From: Gnetum montanum
Taxonomy: Eukaryota; Plantae; Gnetophyta
Assembly (NCBI GenBank): GCA_015680685.1
Contig: MNCI01000986.1
Coordinates: 293,648 to 357,647 of the forward strand
DNA length: 64,000 nucleotides
Direction of reading: 5' to 3'
Positions 13,431 through 24,505 of the stretch are shown here, piece after piece. The position numbers were made by a program, and so were the translations under genes. Position 1 is the first letter of the stretch, and every line of letters begins with the position of its first letter. A model generated the notes under the pieces. That model saw only the letters and a program-made list of their open reading frames with translations. It was not told the origin of the DNA and made no database searches.

Positions 13431-15389
13431 AAAAATTTGCAAATGTTTAGTTATTTAATTTAATGCATGTGATTAATTCTTTAATATTATCATATGTGTT
13501 TCAATAAATTAGCTCTAATTTTCTTGGTTGAATCATAGAATTATATAATTATTGTTATTATTATCATTATTATTCTTATTCTTAGTCTCCTACATAAATG
13601 AATGCAATTTGCTTACTATGGTACTTTATTAAAGTTTTGGATCCCTTGTTTTTCTACTATTGGAGCTTAATCATAGATCTACTATATATTTTATAATTAA
13701 ATATTGAAATCTACTTACCTCTATAATTTTTTCTTTCTAGAAGTTATCATATCTTCACAAGTATTTAGCTATGCGTATTTTATTCTTTATGCACATTCAA
13801 TTATGTAAATTTAATCTTTAGTATGCAAATTTGATATGCACATTTATGCTTTATTATGCACATCTAGTTATGCATTTTTTAATTTTTATTATACATATGT
13901 GATTATATAATACTCTATCCATGGAGAAATTTTGGACTCTAACCTTTTCCATATCCCTTATTACTTTTTCTCATTAAATTGGAATTCAAAGTTCATTTTT
14001 AATTATAATGAAATATTGCATAAATTTACTTTGTTAAGGAAATACTCTAGGATGATGTCCTACCTAGAATTTAATCTTATCGATGTGTCTAGATATTCAA
14101 AAATGTTAGTTCTAATCCTTAGTTCACTAGAATTGGAGTTACGGTTTTCAAGATATCATATCTCCAATTTGCTAAAAATGCCTAAAATGTTTCAATATTT
14201 GAACTAGGTGACTATGATAAGTGAAGGTTAGATATGATTTTGGCATAGGATCATGTAATGCACTTGTTGTAGGTTCAAATGGAATTTGATTTAGAGTATG
14301 TATGTGATTGTTACAAGTGTTTGAATGCTAAAGATATTAGTTGGAAGGAAAAGAAAGAAAATGAACTTATAAAAATAAATTTGAAAAAAATATATGTAAA
14401 TTAAAAATCAAAATTTAAAAGTTCACATGCAAAAGGAGAAAGATAGTTTATGTAAAGGCATTTTGAAAAGCATGTTCAAGTGCAAGGTGATTTTTCTTAT
14501 AACATATAGATGTAATGTATATGTTATATAATATATATAACCTATGTCATTGCCTTTCTCTTTATGTTGTCTTATTTGTTTCCACTGTTTTGCATCCACA
14601 TAGGTTTTTTTTTATAGAAATTGTGTTCTATTGCATTTTTCATGTAAAAACCATTTCCTGCTTTTTTTTTCCCTTTTTTTTTAAGCTAATTTTAGCCCAA
14701 TTTCTTTTGTTTCAAGATTGTCTCTTCTATTTTTGAATACATAGCAAGTCCACATGTCACATTGCATGTGATTTTTTCAATTATAAATAGATTGTGCTCT
14801 TTAGTACATCTCATTTCACTTCATAAAAAGGATTTTTGATGCATTAGTTTAAAGTAAAAAAGCTAACTTTGGGCATGTTGGTGAGAAAGAAAGAACATAA
14901 GAATATTTAAAAGTCCTATGACCATAGGTAAGAAAGCTTCTTTTATTTTTCTTTTATGTGACTACCCTATATTGTTGTGGATTTTCTATTTCCTTTTTCT
15001 GCATTTTAGTTTTATACTATTCTACCTTATTTTAATTATTATGCCGAGATTTTGCCAGATTTTTTCATTTTGGACTTATTTTTATATGAAAATCATTATT
15101 TTAATGTTATCTAAATCATTTTTCTATCTTTTGGTGAATCTTTGGATTATGTGAAAATCTTACCCAATGTGCCTCTCAAATATTTTATAATTATTTTGAA
15201 TTAGCTTTTGATATACACATATTTTTGTAAAAATTTTGTGAGATTTTGCCTATTTTAGAAATATTTTGGATTTTTGGAATAAAATAATAGTATTTATGTG
15301 ACCAATTTTGCTCAATTGGTAGTGGGAGTTGCAAATATTTTGAATATCCTCATCTACATGTAGTAGTGGAGTGTTCCTTAATAGGATCC

Positions 15390-18333
15390 ATCCCTGTTAT
15401 GAACATTCTATTATGAACATTAAGCCTTGAATCATTTCTTTGAAGAACATAAGTAATCTCATTATTATTTTCTAGATCTCTCAGAAGAGTGGATTCTAAA
15501 GATAATGACTAAGGATCATTGTACCTAAAATTGAAAGATATGGAAGTTGAATATCTATATAATTTTTATTCAAGATAAATTAAAGTATACATGCTAATAA
15601 AAATAAATGTAATGGCTAGGAAATAGTAAGGAAATAACAATTCAATTAGAATAGGGTACCTGCAAACTTCTCTACCATTATGTTTTCATAAGCATGCATT
15701 GAGTTTGTAGACAATATGTCTTTGAACAACATTAAGCAAATTAACATAATCAGTTTCCAGATCCATACATTGTAGTTGTTTAGCAATCAACTCACATGGA
15801 TGATGTAACATATTTACATGTAAAGCCTAAGTGGGAAGAGAACTTGAAAGATATAACAATGGAGAAATTAATATTTGTGTATTCCAAGAAATATCAACAA
15901 AAAAACTTTGTGTAAAGAACATCGAAGATAAATGAGAACTTACATTAATTGGATGTCCCTTGGCTGTAAATCTTTGATTCCATGCATTTGTGATTGAATC
16001 AAAAAATTCCTTTACCCTACGCATGACATGAGGATCATTATGGTCGAGTTCATCTACCTTTGGAGCACCTTGTATTCACAAGAAACCATGCACATGTGGA
16101 GATTTGCTATACTGTCACTCATATCATATCTAATAGTCAACAACATGGAATTCATTCATCAAAACTATTTTAAGAAATGAAATGTGATAATAATGCACGA
16201 ACTTTGCTATTATATGTAGATTTTGTATAATATTACACTGCCTCAAACGTTTAAGTTCTAATAAGTTCTCTAGTGGATCTTCTTCCATTAGATTATGCAA
16301 CTCAAGCCAATAGATATTTGCTACACTTAGAGTAAAAATAATAGTAGGTGTTCCCAATTGATTCACCATGTCAATTAGCTTTGCTTTACATTTTCTCCAA
16401 TAAGATGGTGTGCTATACATGGAGGTACCATATCACATCAAATTATCAACAATGATATGTGATGGAGAATTATGCATTACTCTCGTTGTTCCTCAACAGT
16501 TATCAACAATATTCTTTTTTAAAAAATATAGAGGTAGATTCCATTGCCCGTCTCCTTCTAATAACATTATAGATGTAATACCTAAAAATAAATCATACAT
16601 AATTGTTTCAATGTTTTTAAAAAATACTCTGAATAATAAAAATAACAAATAAATCAAGAAATAATACTTACCTAAAATGCTTGTGTCATCCAAATCCACC
16701 ATCTTTGTAATGAATAAGATGTTTTGCATATTCATGCAGTTTGACATCTTTAGCTCTTTGTTCAAGAAAATCACATTTTTCATATTGAAAAGACTTGGAA
16801 ATGCCATTGTAAACAATCCCATCATGTTAAACTCATTAATAGAAGAATCAAACATGGAAGCAACATCTAAATCCTACAATGATGGATTATGCATCCATGC
16901 TCTTATCCAATCAATTTCCTTTCTTACAATTCTAGGATGACATGCAACTAATGATGTATTACTGATAATGTTTTCTTCATCTATTTGAAGTAAAGGACCT
17001 TCAAACTACAATCTATTTTTTTCAATCTTTTTTTTATAATGGACTATAAGGAATGCTATGAAAGATGTTAATATCAGTGTTATTAGCAACTTCGTCTAAT
17101 TCATGCATATTGATCTTGACATCGTGATAGTACAGATCATTTGCCTTCTTAAAATGCAAGGCTTCATAAACCTGTCTCTTGTTAACAATGAATTTATACT
17201 CAGTGTCCATTTGATTTGCTTTTCTCAATATCAAGAAAGGGATATCTTTAATTCGAAGAGGAAGTCTCTTAGAAATCTATGTGACAATTTAAGAAAAGCT
17301 AATTGTGTGATCCTTATACCTAAACTATCCATCAATTGCATGTGTAACTTGCAATATGGGATTGATTTTTGCAATTAACATTTCTTCAACCTTAGTTAAA
17401 TAGGCTAAAACAGGTGGTTGGATTTTTGGATCCATGTTATTTTTAGCAGAAAATGGTTTGATCTCACAACCAAAACTATCAAAAATATTTTGTTTCTTTT
17501 CATTAGTGCACCTATTGCATGTGGGTCCTCTACTTCTGGTTGAATCCAATAATATGCCAAGAAATATTTCATTACATACATTGTAAGAACATGCATTTGC
17601 AAAACTTTTAACTATAGTATTAAAATTCTATATTACATGGGCAATTTTTGTAGATGTCTTTTGCAAGTTTGGAAAAGACTAAACATGTTTTGAAGAAGGC
17701 ATTTTCACTGTTGGTACATTGACAACATTTGTAGGTTCATGCATTCAATGAAATTAATTATCTTTGTGTTGATGTTACCTTGTTCGGTGCTCACTCTTGC
17801 TATACTCTACCTATTGTTGATCTTGTTGCAATTGTTCTTCTACATGTGTGATTTCTAGCATGAATGTTGCTTGAATAACATGTGTAGATGCATTTCCAAT
17901 TTCTTGCAAAATGTTAAGAAATGTAAATAAAATATTCAATAACAATATATACTAACATGAATATGGGTAGATAATAATAACATGCATTTCTTGTTGATTA
18001 TTTTTATTATTGCTATTAATAATGTGGATTATTCTTGAGGATGAATTTCTAAGTATTGAGAGAAGATTTGAAGTTGACACATCCTAAAAAAATATCTGCA
18101 ATATAAGTAGATAAATAACATGATAATATTTGCCTACATGAAATATTTTTTTTGATATATTAAAAAATGCATAAATAAATTTGTTATTATACTCATGAAT
18201 CTTGTAGAGTCCATTGTCATTCTTGCTCACATCATTTTGCTTCTCGTTTCTAAAATCGTCTTCTCTCCTCTACACTCATCGATTCTAGATTTCTACCTTC
18301 TATGATCTGTGGTCATTCTCCGCCTTAGCCATG
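15390..18333 (-). pseudogene. Helitron-like HUH Rep initiator gene (DUF6570/Helitron_like_N-type), intron-containing, truncated before motif 3 and the helicase
   Basis: CNRC..FSAKNNMDP..LTKVEEMLIAKINPILQVTH (ORF 17325-17549), AFPSLF, HLIHYKDGGFG*HKHFR|YY, motif 1 PTIIFTLSVAN.YW.ELH (ORF 16130-16420), motif 2 YE*QYSKSPHVHGFL*IQGAP (~16065-16125), and RNDSRLNVHN (~15410-15440). The upstream boundary is approximate. Confidence 0.85.
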
Positions 18334-19960
18334 CCCACAACCGCTACCACAACCTCTATGAATCACATTATTTGTTGCAATAGATAGTTGTTGTAGCTAA
18401 TCTTGATGAGAGTGTTTTATGCTTTACTTATTGGGACTAGTAGTAGCAGGATCTATGTTTCTAAAAATGCATAAATTCAAATATTCCACCTCATCATCCT
18501 TAAACATGATGCTTAAGTATAATATTTTTCAATAAAATTTACATTTATTTTCCTACCTAGTTAAATCATTTAATATTTGTTGTCATAGATATACACCATT
18601 GTTATTGAGAATTTGAGTTTAAAAGGATTTTAGAACTGTTGTCTTCAGGTCATTTGGTAAACTTCCAAAGGGGGCATAGCTCTCTCTTATTTCATAATGC
18701 ACTATCAGACTTTTATAAATAGAATAAACCTCATCTTATATTTACCTATTTAATTAAAATTCAGTAGCATTCAAGTTTGTGCTTAACCATTTACTCTCAA
18801 ATCTTACCTTTCAGTTAAGTTTGATAACATGTACTGTAACAATAAATCTCTTTCACTCTCTATTTAACAATGATTAAGTAGTTACCCATGTTCATAATAT
18901 ATTTAAGATTTGTTAGCTTACATGATTTCTTAATTTGATTATACATTTAGAACATCACTACACTTTTCCGTCTTATTAAGAATTTTGCTTATATTTTTAA
19001 AATTCATTTTCGGATTCTGCCGAGTTCAAAGATTCAAATGAAGAGCTGTAAGAGTAATAAGAGGAGCTTTCCTAGTATAATGTTCTTCATGGTATAATGT
19101 TGTTTGAAATAGAAGACTATCTATGGTATTTAATCCATGAAATTTTGTGGCCTTAGATTAGTAAGCAAGCGTATTGTAGCTTTGATTTTGTTTGAATGTT
19201 AATGTTGAAAAGATTTTTTTTTTATTGCAGAAAATTTTTACATAATATAATAGATCTTTCATGGTATAATGATGATCAACAGCAATCACATACATATACA
19301 ATTTTGGGAGATGTGGAAAGTAAATAACACAATATTTCAATTTCTGGTGCAATTTGTGTAACCAAATTTATATTATAATTTGTGGTGAACCTCATTATGT
19401 TTGTTGTGAATGTGGTTTATAATTGCTGAGATTAACACTATTACTAAACTATGTTGCAAATGCCGAATCAGTTGTGCTACGTATGACTATTGAGTTGTGC
19501 TAGGTTGCGGGAGAGAATCGAACCATTGGAGGCTTATATAGGGTAGTAATTAGGGTCAACCAGAGAGGAAGGTAGTCAAAAATAAAATTAGAAATAGCTA
19601 AAAATGAAGTTAGAAATTTCCAAAAGTATATTGTGAATGGAAAGTCGCATGTGCACTGCTGCAAAGCGTAGGTTGCCAAAAAAGAAATATGAAATTTCCT
19701 TGTTAGAGACTACCATTATTTAGGATAAACCATAGCAATGGTAGGGTTTGTTGGGCATGAGTTTTGGCATTGGTATGCCAGCTGAACCCATGACCTCTTG
19801 CCCTATCTTTGTTTTTTTTTTTAAATATATATATATAGTTTTTCACAAGCTGTGTTGGCTTGCATGGGTCACAAATGCCCTATCACGGTTGTGAGCGAGA
19901 ATGGTTGCACGTGTATGGTTATGGCGATTCTTCCAACCGCCGTGTTCTTCTTCTTGTATG

Positions 19961-20135
19961 GTGCTGCTGTACCTGCACGAAAAATGGGAGCAATGGGTGG
20001 TGCACTGCGGTGTCACCAGCAGCAACATCTTCTTGGACAATGACCTCAATCGACATCTTAGCGGCTTCGCACTCACCCAGTTCATCAAGTGTGAGGGCAA
20101 GTATGCAGTGACTAGGCTTGCCACTGTGGAAAGGA
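19961..20135 (+). pseudogene. Receptor-like Ser/Thr kinase fragment (subdomains VIa-VIII), most like L-type lectin receptor kinases
   Basis: VLLYLHEKWEQWVVHCGVTSSNIFLDNDLNRHLSGFALTQFI...TRLAT matches LYLHEEWEQxVVHRDVKxSNVxLDxxxNARLGDFGLAR; the catalytic HRD and DFG motifs are destroyed. Confidence 0.85.
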
Positions 20136-20706
20136 GACGTGTATGTGTTAATCTCATTTCTTTTCGATTTAGTGGAACCTTACGTGGCATGATGTGGCAA
20201 TGGTGATGAACTTCAACCCCACCAGACTTGTTAACCTCTTGGCTAAAACTAAATCTTGCAGAAACATCACGATACCGTATATCCAGCGTCATTCGCAAGT
20301 CGTAAGTCGTATCGCTTTTTCTATTGGAAGAAGAAATCATTTGAAAACATGTCCTGTTTATGTACTTTTTTATCAAACTAAAGGAACTGACAATATGTCA
20401 AAGTTGGGCATCTTTGCCACGCGGTTACGGATAGGGATCCGCTTTTGTGGACCTGGACCTGTAAGAGAAGGTCATTGATGGGGTACAACCGTACAAGAGA
20501 TCAGTTCAGCTCGTGTTTCATCACAGTGATAGGGATATTGTTGCCAGATGCTTATGAATGAAAGGCACGATAACATTTTATCATAAAATATACTGAACTC
20601 CAAACTGAATTGCAGGAAGACGTTATCATCACCACCTGTCTTTCCTTTCGTGATCATCTAAAAAGAATAACAGTGAATTTCATGACTCTTCGCGTACACA
20701 AGCAGC

Positions 20707-20880
20707 ACTACGTAGTACGTACACGTGATGCTATCCTTGTTCGCAACTTGTCGGTAAATAATCTGTATATGTTTTTGTTGAAAAAGACCAAATCAAAGAT
20801 GCAGAGGCCGTCGTGTAGGTTTGTAAGCCCAACGCTGCAAGAAGAACCATCATAGGAATCCAAGTATGAATGCTATAAAA
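20707..20880 (+). promoter_or_regulatory. Putative peroxidase promoter: cluster of three ACGT cores including a G-box CACGTG (20722-20727) and TATAAAA (20874-20880)
   Basis: The motifs are seen directly, with the TATA ~85 bp upstream of the ATG at 20963. Function is inferred. Confidence 0.5.
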
Positions 20881-20962
20881 CAAGAGCGCGAGAGGGTGAC
20901 CTCCACGCCTCATCATCCAAAGAGCTGTGGCAGAGTTGCAGAGGAATCACAGCGCCAGCAAC

Positions 20963-21894
20963 ATGAGCAGAATGGGAATGAGAATGACAAGGGCAGGAAC
21001 GTGGACGATGATGCACATGTGCATGGCAGTGGTGATGCTCACCATTACCGGATTTGAGGTGGCGTAGGCGTAGAATAACACACCATCGCAGCAGCAGCAG
21101 GAGGTCAAGAACTTGTACACCAAGATTTGTCCACCGGCGGAGTTCATCGTGGCGGACGCGGTGAGAGCGGCGATAGCGAAGGAAGCAAGTATGGGGGCGT
21201 CGCTGCTGTGATTACATTTCCACGACTGCTTCGTGCAGGGCTGCGACGCCTCCATTCTCCTCGACGGAAACAAGACCGAGAAGACGGTCGCCACCAACAA
21301 CAACTCCGTGCGCAGCTACCAAGTCATGGATGCCATCAAGACACGACTGGAGGTGGTGTGCCCGAGAGGACTCGACGTTCATTCTGGGCGGACCTTTCTG
21401 GAGGTCGAGCTCGGCCGCCGCGACTCCGTCATGGCAGCCAGTGCCTCCTTGTGTACGCTTCCTTCGGTGTTGTCCAATCAGGGACTCTCTGTCACCGACC
21501 TCGTCGCTCTCGCCGGCACACACACACATCATCGGGCAGGCCCGCTGCACCAACTTCCGAGCCCACATTTACAACGACAGCACAATCGATAGTAGATTCG
21601 CACGCATCCAGTAGCACTGGCTCCGATGATAATCTGGCTCCTCTGGATGTGGGCAGTCCCAACATATTCGATAACAGCTACTACGTGAATCTCATCCACC
21701 AAAAGGGGCTTCTGCACTCAGACCAGGAGCTCTACAATGGATCTTCCCTCACATCCCCACTTGTCCGCAGATACGCCTGCTGGCAATCTTTCTTCTTCCG
21801 CGACCTCGTCATTGCCATGCTTAAGATGGACCGCCTCAACGTCCTCACTGACACTTAGGGCCAGATCCGCGACAACTGTCGCTGTCCCAACTAA
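20963..21894 (+). pseudogene. Class III (secretory) plant peroxidase pseudogene, intronless
   Basis: Signal-peptide-like N-terminus, then [79 protein letters not shown], AMLKM and GQIRDNCRCPN*. Carries premature stops, frameshifts and three internal deletions. Confidence 0.95.
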
Positions 21895-23537
21895 GTAACA
21901 TCATTATAATTGTCTCATCCATCCATCCCTTCCAGGATCGCTATACTGTCGCTGCATTCCGTCATCCATCCTTTGTTTCCTTTGTTTGTTTCGAGTGAGC
22001 CCCATTGCATTCTCCTTTGTTTGTTTTCCCAATAACAACTCTGGCCTGCCCTCCGTAATGGTGCAGCATTCCTCTCGTGCTTCCCTGCCGCTCTTTGAAA
22101 TTTTGTTTCTAAACATTTTCTTATATTTTTTGCAAGTTTTCTTTCTTTTTAATCTTCTATTTTTCATACATAGCATCTCCCATGTATTAAAGAGATAACT
22201 TTATAGCTCTCAAAAAACATCTTAGGAAACCCACAAGCAAAAAGGACCTCAAACAACCCTAATGAACATATACAAGGATAAACAAAAATGAATATACATG
22301 CAAATAGTCCTTAATAATCAAACCAATGAAGCCTAGAGTAAAAGGAGACTAAATGCTTGCACAAAAAATAGGCACTTTTAAAATCACAGAACCTACAAAC
22401 TCGAAACAAACTCGAGAAAGACCTTATAATTTTCATTTTTCCGAGACTCCCATTTACATTATATCTTTGCATCGATGAAGAGTTTGAAGGTCTCCATGTT
22501 TCTTTCCTTCCTTATTTAGGTGAGCATGAATGTAAAGTATTCAAACCTTTTTAATAATAACCATTGAGGAGGAGGAACTCAAAAATTACAACACCTCAAA
22601 GGAAGAAGTGTGTTATAGAACATATCCCTTCCCACTCTTCTTCATCTGCACATAATGGGAAACCTCAAGGACTTGTGAAGGAATGGCATCATTCTCATTG
22701 TTAGATTTCTATGTTGAACATGAGGTGGTAGTAGTAATGAGTTGTGCCTTCATGTACCAAAAGGCATTGACACGCATCATCTCATTGTTTCATAGGTGAA
22801 GCAATAGTCAAAATAGTCATTGTGACATGCAATAATTCATTCCTAGTGTTATCGTGTAATAAAATGTACGTTGCTTGCTTATGATCATAGTGTGAATTTG
22901 CAAGAATTTTTACACATTTTTCCCTATTTTGAATTTAAAATATTTTTAAAAATTTTAAATGCAAGTTTTAAAAAATTTCAAAATTTTTATGAATCTCATC
23001 ATAATGATATGTAAACTTTTTCCAGACTGTCATTGATTAATATTGTTAGTTTATATATTATGACATAAAAAAGGGAGAAGGTAAAATCATGAACTACATT
23101 TACTTTGTGAAAGGTTTAAGCAATGGCTCTAGCCTCTATACCTTCAAGGCTTCTGCTAGAGACTCTCTTATTAGCTTTGTTGATAAAAGATGAGCCTAAA
23201 TTGCTCATAGAAAGTTTAACAAAGCATATAAAATAGTATGTTAATCCAATTATTTTTTTCTCATTACATGGAGTTGTTGCAAAGTTGATGCGTACATGAT
23301 TTATCATCATACAAGAATAATAAAGCTAGATTGAGCATAATGCCCTAGCTGATTATGTTAGCCCTACGGAAACTAATCATCTTAGGTAAGTTTTGCAATC
23401 TTTTTGATAATAGGCCATTGCAATTTCTATCTTTAATTAAAACCAAGGGCATTTTAAACAATTTTACTAAAATGTGGTTTTTATTTTTCCCAAGAAAATT
23501 CTCTTTTCTTGGGTGTTACCTATTTATAGTTTTGTAG

Positions 23538-24370
23538 TGATGAAGCGTCTTCCTTGGGTTGCATTGACAAGATGCTATTGACGTGTGGTTTGATGTGTTG
23601 ATGAAGTCCTATCAATGTAGTGTCTATCTTTTCCTATAAATACACACTCACCAGCTACATTTATGGTATTCCATAGTTAGTATCCTAATGAAGCTCTTGC
23701 ATTTTGTTCATTTGATAGTTAGAATATTTGCTAAGTGCTCATAAAATGAGTAAAAAGTGTATGGATCTTTATTCGAAAAATGATGTGACTAAGCACCTTG
23801 GTGTGATTAACAATAAAAGCTTTCTTCACAAACCTTGCAACATTTGGAATTAGCTTAATGTTTACTCAATACATTTATTATTTGAGAAATTTACTTTAAT
23901 GCACCAAATTAATTAATTAAATAAAAATTAATTAATACACATAAGTACGACCACTTTGAGCATACGTTAATGCCTAGTAATCCCAATAGCACCTAATGCT
24001 TGGTAACCCAGTAGTGTTGTTATGTGTTTAGGATGTGTATGAAAAGTGGGAACAAATGCTTATGTTAGGATTAGTTAGGATATTAGTTAGTTATTAGATT
24101 AATCAAACATTTAATTACTTTATTTTATTTTCTAGCACTTAGGTGATTTAAAAAATAAATATAAAATGATAAAAATTAGATGCCTCAGTTACACTTAACC
24201 ATATATTTGCACTTCATAAGTAAAACTGAGAAGACAATGATCACATATGTTAGATTCACTTTCTAGACATAGTGTACTTAGAGAGCTAAAGTCTACGGAA
24301 TTTGACCAGATCGCTTAGTGAATGCTAGTGCTTCATATGGTTGGGTGTAGAGATTGCTGATTGCTCATCA
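23538..24370 (+). repeat. 5' LTR of Athila-like element 2
   Basis: TG...CA termini; reverse-complement similarity to the LTRs at 30811-31725 and 44354-45237. Confidence 0.85.
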
Positions 24371-24505
24371 TTGATGTTGTTGTCAGGGACTTTAGTTAGC
24401 TACATGTGCTACCTAGGAGTTAGTGAAAGTTGTAACAAGCTTAAAGTCTCAATCATTAAAAATAATAATAATAGTAAAAGCACACTATTTTTCTTTCCAA
24501 CTAAA

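Noticed and set aside
13430-15300. Phe/Leu/Ile-rich short ORFs (also 6563-6772, 48876-49160, 58121-58303) as membrane peptides
   Set aside because: These are expected by chance in T-rich low-complexity non-coding DNA and show no conserved motifs.
19775-19805. tRNA/SINE-like GAGGTCATGGGTTCA on the minus strand
   Set aside because: No complete B box, A box, cloverleaf or tail.
21127-21858. 243-aa ORF, the longest in the track, as a novel gene
   Set aside because: It is off-frame read-through of the peroxidase pseudogene; only its last ~80 aa are in the peroxidase frame.
20963-21894. Peroxidase as a recent processed retrocopy
   Set aside because: No poly(A) tail or TSD is visible and promoter-like elements lie upstream. 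Not excluded, but unsupported.
23050-23537. Continuation of the truncated copia 3' LTR
   Set aside because: It has a copia-like purine tract (AAAAAAGGGAGAAG) but does not align with 850-2006; at most an unrelated remnant.
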